Shown: in pieces, positions 1 through 7,733 of the stretch
Layout of the letters: each line of letters begins with the position of its first letter
How positions within the stretch are numbered: the stretch's first letter is position 1
NCBI GenBank assembly: GCA_038888155.1
Contig: JAWAJB010000038.1
Span: 1-10,216 of the forward strand
Direction: 5' to 3'
DNA: 10,216 nt
DNA from: Desulfurococcaceae archaeon
Lineage (GTDB): Archaea > Thermoproteota > Thermoprotei_A > Sulfolobales > Desulfurococcaceae
Translations under genes and position numbers: made by a program
The notes under the pieces: generated by a model
Database searches by the model: none
What the model was told of the DNA's origin: nothing
The model's input: the letters and a program-made list of their open reading frames with translations, nothing else

Positions 1-462
1 GATCACGCGCATTCTTGTGGAGTTCCAGTAATTCACCTGGTCGACAGCCACTTACCGACAGATCATGAGTTAAAGATATGGGGGCCTCATGCAATTAAAG
101 GCTCTCCAGAAGCTAAGATAATTGATGAATTAATGCCTATGGAAAACGACTTAGTGTTATTTAAGAGAAGCTATAGTGGTTTTAGAGGCACAGGTCTCGA
201 CGTACTTCTACGAGATCTTGGCGTTAAAACAGTGCTCTTAACAGGCATACATACGCACATATGCGTATTACATACTGCTTGGGATGCATTCTACTACGGC
301 TATGACATTTATGTCGTTAAGGACGCTGTAGCCGCGTTCAGTGAAGAAGATCACGAGTATGCGCTTAACTACATGGAGAAAACTTATGGAGCAAAACTCA
401 TTACAACACAAGAAGCAATAGAATTTATGAAGGCTACAGTAATTAAAACTGGTTCTACATAG
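1..462 (+). CDS. Cysteine hydrolase, isochorismatase/nicotinamidase (PncA-like) family; 5'-truncated by window edge
   Basis: Frame 1 is open from base 1 (DHAHSCGVPVIHLVDSHLPTDHELKIWGPHAIKGSPEAKIIDEL) into the listed ORF at 133. It has D-x-H and WGPH metal-site-like motifs, a catalytic Lys in FKRSYSGF, a catalytic Cys in TGIHTHICV, and VVKDAVAA. Stop TAG at 460-462. Confidence 0.9.
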   Translation, partial: DHAHSCGVPVIHLVDSHLPTDHELKIWGPHAIKGSPEAKIIDELMPMENDLVLFKRSYSGFRGTGLDVLLRDLGVKTVLLTGIHTHICVLHTAWDAFYYGYDIYVVKDAVAAFSEEDHEYALNYMEKTYGAKLITTQEAIEFMKATVIKTGST

Positions 463-679
463 AAAAACCTATGGAATACAATATATAAGACTTTAGACTC
501 TTCATAGAATCGCTGACCCACTGATTAATGTCTCGAAGATCGAATTATGACTAAGTTTATGAACTAAGAATTTTAAGGTTACATTGCATGCATCATTAAA
601 ACTTATTTTTTAAATATGAAATGTAAAGAAATGCATCAAAATTTTTAGATATAAGGACCCCAATGTATGATATCCACAT

Positions 680-2140
680 TTATTGGTATGTCTTTTGAGC
701 TCTTTCCCTAATCTCCTTAAGCATTTTCCTAACATCCTCTTCTAAAGGTTCAGGTCTATGAGTCTTAAGTATTTCTGCAACTTTCTCTCTCGCCCTCATC
801 AAGATATCTTTTGCACCTCCACTCTCCCATGATTCTCTAGAGAGTCTATCACTTATTTTTGGTATGTAGTGTTCTTTTCGTAAGTATTTTAATGTATGTT
901 TTTGTGTTAGAAAGTTTCCTCTTGGACCAACATTCATTATAACATCTAACGCCAAAGTTTCTTCATTTACATTAATACCCTTTAAGCTGTGAAGAATCAT
1001 TCCGATAATTTCATCATCAATAACCATTTGCTCAGGGCTTATACTAAGTATAAAATCGAGCATTCCGGTGGCAAGGTGAATTAAATTGGCTCCACCTAAA
1101 GCATTATATAATGCAGTGATAGCCTTCTCATACCCTGCTTGCTCATCTGGAACTTTAGAGTCACTTATTCCTCCCGCCCCTACATAAGGTATACCATAGA
1201 ATTCACGGAAAATTTGTGCAGCTCCAGCACACATTAAACCGGTTTCAATAGAGCTTAAGACAATGTTCGCCGTTCTCATATCCATAATAGCGGGAAGAGT
1301 ACATGCTATTGTTGGTGCCCCCTTCTTCAATAATTGAGCTAATACTAGACCGCTTATAACTTCGGCACACTGTTGAACTAATGAACCAGCAAGCGTTATA
1401 GGTGCTGTAGCTCCAGAAATAGTTTCACTTGATATTATGGCTGGAACGCTCTTCTCAGCGCATGCCTTTAACACTCCCAACGCGCTTTCACTCCATGTAA
1501 ATGGGCTTGTAATGCATGGTGCGAGTGAAATTATTGGGCATTTTCGAAGATTGTCCTCTCCTCCAACAACTATTGAAGCCATTTTAATTTGATCAAGAGC
1601 GCCTTCATAGCCTTCAGCGTCATGATAGAAATGTTTCTCAGTATAGTTTAACGCGATTTCACACTTAACACGATCTACCCCTCTTGGAGGCACATCTTGA
1701 GGATAGACTGGTGCTAAATAGCAATGTACATTTTCAAGTGCATCAGCTAATATAGTCAATTTTATTAAATCATCGGTTAGGGCCTGTCTACTTTTAAATT
1801 TTGTTCCATCAAACTCTACAACTCTAACAGCGTTAGCTCCTCCAGCAAAGTATACTCTAGTGCCTTCGAGCTTTAAGTTATACTTTGGATTGCGTCCACA
1901 TAGTTTTATTATTCTTGGAGAATTATTTATGGCCTCGTTTACTAAATGTTCAGGGATATAGGCTCTTCCAGTTTTGTAATCTACGTGACACCCATTCTCA
2001 TTAAGCAAGTCTAAAGCCCATTTACTTTCATAAACTACTCCAGATTTTTCTAAAATTGTAAGAACTGCGTTATGTATCATGTGTATTTCATCCATGTCTA
2101 AGAGTCTTAAAGGCTTGTGAACGATCATGCCTTCTTGCAT
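680..2140 (-). CDS. mttB: MttB-superfamily (trimethylamine methyltransferase family) corrinoid methyltransferase MT1, non-pyrrolysine
   Basis: Family motifs IHNAVLTILEKSGV, LCGRNP, SGATAPITLAGSLVQ, DMRT and SDSKVPDEQAGYEK...GGANLI...GML...SPEQMVIDDEI. No in-frame TAG. ATG at 2140 is preferred over the ORF-track TTG at 2158 because GGAGAGTGA (SD-like, containing the upstream stop) lies 7 nt before it. The symbol denotes the family, not TMA specificity. Confidence 0.92.
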   Translation of the reverse strand: MQEGMIVHKPLRLLDMDEIHMIHNAVLTILEKSGVVYESKWALDLLNENGCHVDYKTGRAYIPEHLVNEAINNSPRIIKLCGRNPKYNLKLEGTRVYFAGGANAVRVVEFDGTKFKSRQALTDDLIKLTILADALENVHCYLAPVYPQDVPPRGVDRVKCEIALNYTEKHFYHDAEGYEGALDQIKMASIVVGGEDNLRKCPIISLAPCITSPFTWSESALGVLKACAEKSVPAIISSETISGATAPITLAGSLVQQCAEVISGLVLAQLLKKGAPTIACTLPAIMDMRTANIVLSSIETGLMCAGAAQIFREFYGIPYVGAGGISDSKVPDEQAGYEKAITALYNALGGANLIHLATGMLDFILSISPEQMVIDDEIIGMILHSLKGINVNEETLALDVIMNVGPRGNFLTQKHTLKYLRKEHYIPKISDRLSRESWESGGAKDILMRAREKVAEILKTHRPEPLEEDVRKMLKEIRERAQKTYQ

Positions 2141-2147
2141 TTTTATA

Positions 2148-2804
2148 TCACTCTCCAATGTTAAGAAGCTTCTTTACTTTAACTAGAGCGTCTTTCGCGT
2201 CAGCCCCCCAAGCATCAGCCCCTATGCTCTTAGCAAAGCTCTCACTTGTCGCAGCACCACCAATAATGATCCTAACCTTGTCTCTCAATCCAGCTTCCTT
2301 TAATTTTTCAATAACTTCCCGCATTTTTTCTGCAGTTGTTGTCAGTAAAGCCGACATTCCTAAAACATCAGGTTTAAGTTCCTTTACTTTTTCTACAAAA
2401 GTGTTCACTGGCACATCAACTCCTAAATCAATAACTTCAAAACCATTTGCCTCAAGAAAGGCCTTAACTATATTCTTACCTATATCATGTATGTCTCCTT
2501 CAACTGTACCTATGAGAACTCTTCCAAGCATAATAGGCCTTCCCCCCTCTTTACCAGCAATAAGAGGGACTAAGATCTCCATACAGGCTTTCACAGCTTC
2601 CCCAGAAATTATAAGTTCTGGCAGAAAAACCTCTTGTTTGGCGAACATATCGCCAATTCTATTTAATGATCTAATAAGTGACTCCATGATTTTATTGGGA
2701 TCAATGCCTTTTTTTAAAGCCTCTCTTACTAGAGAAATGACTTTATCTGAATCAAACTCAAAAAGTGCATTCTCGATGCTACTTATGACCTGCCTTTCAT
2801 CCAT
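2148..2804 (-). CDS. Methyltransferase cognate corrinoid protein (MttC/MtbC/MtaC-type B12-binding protein)
   Basis: N-terminal cap with VFLPELI, B12 motif GTVEGDIHDIGKNIV (D-x-H-x-x-G), then DLGVDVP, MSALLTTT and IIGGA. The ORF-track GTG at 2813 is part of the SD GAGGTG (2811-2816), so ATG at 2804 is the likelier start. Confidence 0.95.
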   Translation of the reverse strand: MDERQVISSIENALFEFDSDKVISLVREALKKGIDPNKIMESLIRSLNRIGDMFAKQEVFLPELIISGEAVKACMEILVPLIAGKEGGRPIMLGRVLIGTVEGDIHDIGKNIVKAFLEANGFEVIDLGVDVPVNTFVEKVKELKPDVLGMSALLTTTAEKMREVIEKLKEAGLRDKVRIIIGGAATSESFAKSIGADAWGADAKDALVKVKKLLNIGE

Positions 2805-2839
2805 GAAAGACACCTCAATTCCTTTGACTCCTAGCGAAT

Positions 2840-3487
2840 TTATTCCCCGTAAGGCTTTAAGTCCCCTTTCTTGAAGTTTTCAAATGATCTTAGCTTTTCA
2901 TAAGCATGCTCTGAGCCTTTAACAATGAAGTCAACCATTTCGCAGTAGCCATAATCATAAGGGTCTCCTCTGCACATAGCTTTTTCTTGTACAAACCTTA
3001 GTCTAGGATTGATCTTGCGTAAGTAAGCATCGGCATTCTTTGCACACCATGCTGCTAAATCTATTTTCTTCTCTAACCCGAGCTTTATAGCCACGTCAAG
3101 AACAATGCATCGACCGCCTTCGGATGGACCGAGCCCCTTTATTGCCGTACGTGTTGGAGTATATTCAGTCACTTCATCAATGTAGCCGGGCCATGCATTT
3201 ACTCCAGCAAAGGCCTCTGTGGAAGCCCATATTCTTGCATCATTAAATTGAAGGTTTGCTACCTCTAAGGCTCTTAAAACACCAGGCCATCCTTCATCAG
3301 CGCTTTTAAGCAAAGCTTCATTAACTTTATCCCATCCTAAGCCCATATCCTCAGCCATAGTCTTACATAGTCTAAGAAAGATTTCTATCCAAAATTCAGT
3401 CGAATACCTCCATTGCTCTTCAGTAGTTAACTTAATTTTTGAAATCACATTTTGAGAAAGCTTCGCGCTGTTCAAGCACAACACCAA
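2840..3487 (-). CDS. Hypothetical protein resembling the L-2-amino-thiazoline-4-carboxylic acid hydrolase-like / V4R-HNOX fold family
   Basis: Helical N-half followed by RC127IVL...KLG...WC148...INPRLRF...MC172RGDPY, matching the remembered C...C...NP...GD pattern. It abuts the cupin stop (TAA-TTG). The start is uncertain because only TTG/GTG codons occur at 3475-3487. Confidence 0.6.
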   Translation of the reverse strand: MVLCLNSAKLSQNVISKIKLTTEEQWRYSTEFWIEIFLRLCKTMAEDMGLGWDKVNEALLKSADEGWPGVLRALEVANLQFNDARIWASTEAFAGVNAWPGYIDEVTEYTPTRTAIKGLGPSEGGRCIVLDVAIKLGLEKKIDLAAWCAKNADAYLRKINPRLRFVQEKAMCRGDPYDYGYCEMVDFIVKGSEHAYEKLRSFENFKKGDLKPYGE

Positions 3488-3865
3488 TTATTCTTCCTTA
3501 TTAAGGTAATAGACTTTAGCTATTTCAGAGTGTGGAGGGACTGTAACATAAAGGTATCTCATTGGTTTTTTAACAGTTATAGTAACTTTTGCGCCTTTCT
3601 TCAGAACTATAAGATCCCCTTTACTAATGTTGTATTCTTCCCCCGTTCTTCTTTCTTTTACTGTCGCCTCACCATCAAGGATTAAGAGAACTTCGTAATA
3701 CTGCATTTCAGGCCCTATGGTTTTACCACTTAAAATGTCAGCTATACCGGCTGATAGAATGCCTGGGATATATATGTAGTCATCCCATGCCACTTCAGCC
3801 GTAGGTGCTTCCTTCTTTGACAGTTTACTTTCTATAACATTTTTATATACTTCAACAAATGACAT
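3488..3865 (-). CDS. Cupin, EutQ-like / DUF861 (cupin_3) type
   Basis: LSAG...YYEVLLILDGE...KGDLIVLKKG...RYLYVTVP parallels the EutQ pattern (AG...YDE..vLEGE...GD...PKG...FLYV.WP). It lacks the His-rich metal motif. SD GGGGAG at 3874-3879. Confidence 0.8.
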   Translation of the reverse strand: MSFVEVYKNVIESKLSKKEAPTAEVAWDDYIYIPGILSAGIADILSGKTIGPEMQYYEVLLILDGEATVKERRTGEEYNISKGDLIVLKKGAKVTITVKKPMRYLYVTVPPHSEIAKVYYLNKEE

Positions 3866-3911
3866 ATATGCTTCTCCCCAAATGTTTTCTAGATATTGAA
3901 TAAAGACGAAG

Positions 3912-3926
3912 TATAAAAAGTTTAAT
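3912..3926 (-). promoter_or_regulatory. Putative archaeal BRE/TATA internal promoter for cupin-to-mttB genes
   Basis: Minus strand reads ATTAAAC-TTTTTATA about 46 nt upstream of the cupin ATG, in the largest gap of the cluster (76 bp), followed by SD GGGGAG. Confidence 0.55.
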
Positions 3927-3941
3927 TACTATAATTGTAAG

Positions 3942-4898
3942 TCAAAGAAAGTGACATGCCACAAAATGGCCTGGTCGGGCTTCTACTAGATCTGGTGCTT
4001 TCATTTTACACAACTCCCTAGCAAATGGACATCTGGTGCTAACCACGCACCCTTTTATATGGTTCATTGCTGCTGATGATACGTCTTTCAAAACTACTCT
4101 CTCTTTTGGTACAAAGCCGGGCTCAAGGATGGCTGAATGTAGGGCACGTGTATAAGGATGCAGCGGATCTACAAATATGTCCCTTTTTGACCCCATTTCC
4201 ATTACTTTACCCATATAAAGTACGACGACCTTATCGCAAATGTATTTTACAACTGCTAAATCATGAGAGATAAAGATCAGCGTAAGGTTAAGTTGAGTCT
4301 TTAAGTTTTTAATTAGTTCTAATATTTGGGCTTGAGTAGATACATCTAGTGATGAAGTTGGTTCATCGGCTATAACAAGCTTAGGACTGGTGATAAGAGC
4401 TCTAGCTATTGTGACCCGTTGCTTTTCTCCACCGCTAAGCTCATGCGGATACCTATCTAAATATGAGGGAGGTAAAGCAACTAGATCTAGAATTTCCCTT
4501 GCTTTTCTAAACATCTCTCTTTTCTCTAAATTCTGAAGTTTTAATGGTTCACTGACTATTTCTGCGATTGTCATCTTAGGATTTAATGCCGAAGAAGGAT
4601 TTTGAAAAATCATACCCATTTTTTGACGAACCTTTCTTAACTCTTTCTTACTCAACTTAAACATGTCATAATTCATAAAGCGAACAGTTCCTCCGTTGGG
4701 CTTCATTAATCCCATGATCAGTTTCGCAATAGTAGATTTCCCTGAACCTGATTCCCCAACAAGACCTAAGGCCTCACCTTCATTAACGGTAAAGCTCACG
4801 TCATCTACGGCTCGGATATACTTCTTAGCGAATATCCCTACTTTGATAGGGAAGTATTTCCTCAATTTTATGACCTCAAGAATTGGTGCCTGATGCAT
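3942..4898 (-). CDS. oppF: Oligopeptide/dipeptide/nickel ABC transporter ATP-binding subunit (OppF/DppF)
   Basis: Walker [21 protein letters not shown], Walker [21 protein letters not shown], and C-terminal Cys motif GC-x5-C-x6-C...HFVACH. Confidence 0.95.
   Translation of the reverse strand: MHQAPILEVIKLRKYFPIKVGIFAKKYIRAVDDVSFTVNEGEALGLVGESGSGKSTIAKLIMGLMKPNGGTVRFMNYDMFKLSKKELRKVRQKMGMIFQNPSSALNPKMTIAEIVSEPLKLQNLEKREMFRKAREILDLVALPPSYLDRYPHELSGGEKQRVTIARALITSPKLVIADEPTSSLDVSTQAQILELIKNLKTQLNLTLIFISHDLAVVKYICDKVVVLYMGKVMEMGSKRDIFVDPLHPYTRALHSAILEPGFVPKERVVLKDVSSAAMNHIKGCVVSTRCPFARELCKMKAPDLVEARPGHFVACHFL
4296..4388. repeat. 93-bp near-identical direct repeat, copy 1 (inside oppF)
   Basis: 89/93 identical to 5275-5367; 4330-4388 is a perfect 59-bp match to 5309-5367. 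Confidence 0.95.
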
Positions 4899-4914
4899 AT
4901 TTTCAACACACTCA

Positions 4915-5895
4915 CTAAGTTTTTATACGAAAGCACGCAACTGCGTGTTCAGAATTGACGTTCGTCAGCGGCGGCTCCTCTTTTTTACAAATACTTTCAG
5001 CGCAACTACATCTTGGGTGAAATCTGCATCCAGGAGGAGGATTACTTAAATCCGGTGGTTTTCCTTGGATAATGAATAATTTATCAACATCCCTATGTAA
5101 GTAAGGCACAGCATTCAAAAGACTTAATGTGTAAGGGTGGCTTGGATTCTTCAATAATTCTTCTCTATTAGCAATTTCAATGATTTTCCCCCCATACATC
5201 ACAGCAATCCTATTACATATTGAAGACGCTACACCTATATGGTGTGTTATAAGGATCATTGAGAAATTTATATAAGTCTTTAAGTTTTTAATCAATTCTA
5301 ATATTTTAGCTTGAGTAGATACATCTAGTGATGAAGTTGGTTCATCGGCTATAACAAGCTTAGGACTCGCGGCAAGTGCCATGGCTATCACTACTCGTTG
5401 TCTCATGCCAATGCTAAGTTCGTGGGGATAGCTTGAAAATCTATGTTTCGCATCCATTATACCGACTTTATTAAGAAGATCAATCACTTTTTCTTTAATT
5501 TCTGCATTAGATTGTACATCTTTACAATGCTCTTTTATTACCTCAGCTATCTGTTCACCTATTGTTAAACACGGATTTAGTGAGGAGGATGGATCTTGAA
5601 AAATCATGGAAATTTTTCCACCTCTAATTTTCCTCATTTCTTTCTCATCCTTTCTAACAATGTCCTCCCCTTCGAAGAATATTTTTCCAGAAACTATTTT
5701 GGCATAGGGAGGTAAAAGTTTAATTATAGCTCGTCCAAGCGTGCTTTTTCCAGAACCTGATTCACCTATTAAACCTAAAACATCTCCTTCTTCTAAGTGT
5801 AAGTTCACTCCATCAACAGCTTTAATTACGTTTTTTGGGAGATTATAGTAAACCTTTAGATCTCTGATTTCTAATAAATTTGATGTTCCATTCAT
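4915..5895 (-). CDS. oppD: Oligopeptide/dipeptide/nickel ABC transporter ATP-binding subunit (OppD/DppD)
   Basis: [43 protein letters not shown] and PPPGCRFHPRC...C...HAVAC. SD AGGTG upstream. Confidence 0.95.
   Translation of the reverse strand: MNGTSNLLEIRDLKVYYNLPKNVIKAVDGVNLHLEEGDVLGLIGESGSGKSTLGRAIIKLLPPYAKIVSGKIFFEGEDIVRKDEKEMRKIRGGKISMIFQDPSSSLNPCLTIGEQIAEVIKEHCKDVQSNAEIKEKVIDLLNKVGIMDAKHRFSSYPHELSIGMRQRVVIAMALAASPKLVIADEPTSSLDVSTQAKILELIKNLKTYINFSMILITHHIGVASSICNRIAVMYGGKIIEIANREELLKNPSHPYTLSLLNAVPYLHRDVDKLFIIQGKPPDLSNPPPGCRFHPRCSCAESICKKEEPPLTNVNSEHAVACFRIKT
5275..5367. repeat. 93-bp near-identical direct repeat, copy 2 (inside oppD)
   Basis: Pairs with 4296-4388 at an offset of 979 bp. 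Confidence 0.95.
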
Positions 5896-5897
5896 AA

Positions 5898-6743
5898 CTA
5901 CACCTTTATAGCTAATAAATCTGAGAGAGCATCACCAATAATATTTAAGGAGAGAACTGTTAGAAAAATAAAAACTCCTGGAAAAATAGAAATCCATGGA
6001 TAACTTGATAAAAATCCTCTACCGATATAAAGAAGTCTCCCCCATGAAGGTATAGTTGGATTTCCAAGACCGATGAAGGAAATAGTCGCTTCATAGAGAA
6101 TGAACCAAGCGGCATCAAATGTTAGTACAACAATTATGGGCGATGTAATATTTGGTAAAATATGCTTGAAAATTATATACATGTCACTGAAACCCATTGC
6201 TTTTGCAGCTATTACAAAATCCTCTTCTCTAACTCGTAAGGATTCACCTCTAATAATTTTTGCTAACCAAGGCCAATTGATAAACCCCATTACTAATATT
6301 ATAGATAATAGTGATTGAGCTCTAAGTAATGTAACAGCAACTATTAGTAGGACTATGGTAGGTAAAGTTAGTACAGCATCAGATATTCTCATTAATAGCT
6401 GATCGATATATCCGCCAAAATAGCCTGCGAAGAGACCTATGGGTAAGGCAATTAGTAATTCTATTACTATAGCTCCACAAGCTATCATGAGAGAAGTCCT
6501 AGTGCCCCAAACGATTTGACTAAAGATATCGCGCCCAACGTGGTCTGTACCCATGAGAAAATCTAAAGAAGGCGCCATACCAGCTTTTCCTGAAAAAACT
6601 CTATTGGGATCGTAAGGTGCTATAAGAAATGGGAAAAAAGACATTACAACTATTATAGAGACCCATATATTTGCAAACATCAACAATTTATTCTTCTTTA
6701 TGTGATAAAAATAGAGCTCTACAGCTTCACGAATACTCTTCAT
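5898..6743 (-). CDS. oppC: Peptide/nickel ABC transporter permease (OppC/DppC)
   Basis: APYDP, GTDHVGRDIFS...GTRTSL, EAA loop DFVIAAKAMG, HILPN, PSWG, and multiple hydrophobic segments. TAATG overlap with oppB; SD GGAGG at 6753-6757. Confidence 0.95.
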   Translation of the reverse strand: MKSIREAVELYFYHIKKNKLLMFANIWVSIIVVMSFFPFLIAPYDPNRVFSGKAGMAPSLDFLMGTDHVGRDIFSQIVWGTRTSLMIACGAIVIELLIALPIGLFAGYFGGYIDQLLMRISDAVLTLPTIVLLIVAVTLLRAQSLLSIILVMGFINWPWLAKIIRGESLRVREEDFVIAAKAMGFSDMYIIFKHILPNITSPIIVVLTFDAAWFILYEATISFIGLGNPTIPSWGRLLYIGRGFLSSYPWISIFPGVFIFLTVLSLNIIGDALSDLLAIKV

Positions 6744-7720
6744 TAGTATTTGCCTCCTTCTAATTTTATTTGAGGATTAAGGTATATGTACAAAACATCT
6801 ATCATTATGCTTGAAGCAATGACCATTACTGCTGTAATAAAAGAAACCCCCATAACTACCCAATAATCTCTAGCAATAGCTGCAGATACTAATAAAGAAC
6901 CTAGACCTGGCCAAGCAAAAACAACTTCTACAACGTAACTTCCACCAAATATTAATCCTAGGGACGTTCCTATTGCAGTAACTGTAGGAGCAAGGGCATT
7001 TCTTAGAGCATGCTTATAAACTATTACTTTCTCACTTAAACCTTTAGACTTAGCTGCGAGTATATAGTCTTTTTTCGAAACTTCTGCCATGCTTGCTCTA
7101 AGTAATCTAAAGTAGTAAGGCGTAAATCCAATTACAAGGACTGTTGTAGGTAATACCAAGTACTTCAAGTGATCAAACGGAGTAGATAGTGCTGTTTCTA
7201 ATCCCATGGTAAATGCTCCAACGGGGAACCACTTAAGAGACACGGAAAACACTAGTATAAATATTAAGCCTAGCCAAAAGTCAGGAATAGAGTAGCCTAC
7301 TAAAGCCAATAACGAAAGAGTTTTATCTAGCATAGAGCCATGTTTATATCCGGATATAGCGCCGAATATTATTGCAAGGGCTGCTGAAATCGATTGGGAA
7401 AGCAACATGAGTTCCACGGTATACCAAATCCTTGAAGAAATCAGTTCAACAACAGGTCTACCCGAGACGGAGAAGCCTAAATTGCCAGTAAATACATTGT
7501 AAAGCCATAGAAAATATTGCTCATGCAATGGTCTGTCAAACCCAAATCTTTGAATTAAAATTTCTCTTATTTCTCGCGAACCTTTCGTAGTTGCTAACAT
7601 AATGTCAATCGGATTACCAGGCGCTACATGGAGGAGGAGAAAAATTATAGATGTTACTATAACTAATGTTGGAAAGGTAAGCAAAATTCTTATTAGCAAA
7701 TATCTCCTTAAGCCAGGCAT
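6743..7720 (-). CDS. oppB: Peptide/nickel ABC transporter permease (OppB/DppB)
   Basis: PGNP, GFDRPLHEQY, GNLGFS, SIPDFWLG, EAA loop DYILAAKSKG, KHALRNAL, VEVVFAWPGLG, LNPQI. SD AGGTG at 7731-7735. Confidence 0.95.
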   Translation of the reverse strand: MPGLRRYLLIRILLTFPTLVIVTSIIFLLLHVAPGNPIDIMLATTKGSREIREILIQRFGFDRPLHEQYFLWLYNVFTGNLGFSVSGRPVVELISSRIWYTVELMLLSQSISAALAIIFGAISGYKHGSMLDKTLSLLALVGYSIPDFWLGLIFILVFSVSLKWFPVGAFTMGLETALSTPFDHLKYLVLPTTVLVIGFTPYYFRLLRASMAEVSKKDYILAAKSKGLSEKVIVYKHALRNALAPTVTAIGTSLGLIFGGSYVVEVVFAWPGLGSLLVSAAIARDYWVVMGVSFITAVMVIASSIMIDVLYIYLNPQIKLEGGKY

Positions 7721-7733
7721 GTAGCTTATACAC

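Noticed and set aside
463-679. CRISPR array, tRNA or defined terminator in the convergent intergenic region
   Set aside because: No periodic repeats or cloverleaf; only generic T/A tracts (e.g. 603-611) that cannot be called confidently.
680-2158. Pyrrolysine recoding / true trimethylamine methyltransferase
   Set aside because: The ORF is uninterrupted, and the Pyl-equivalent codon is ATA (Ile).
2158-2874. 238-aa plus-strand ORF
   Set aside because: Antisense shadow of the corrinoid gene; Ser/Pro-rich with no recognisable motifs.
3452-6318. Short plus-strand ORFs 3452-3685, 4067-4273, 4696-4893 and 6100-6318
   Set aside because: All lie antisense within well-supported genes and have no motifs.
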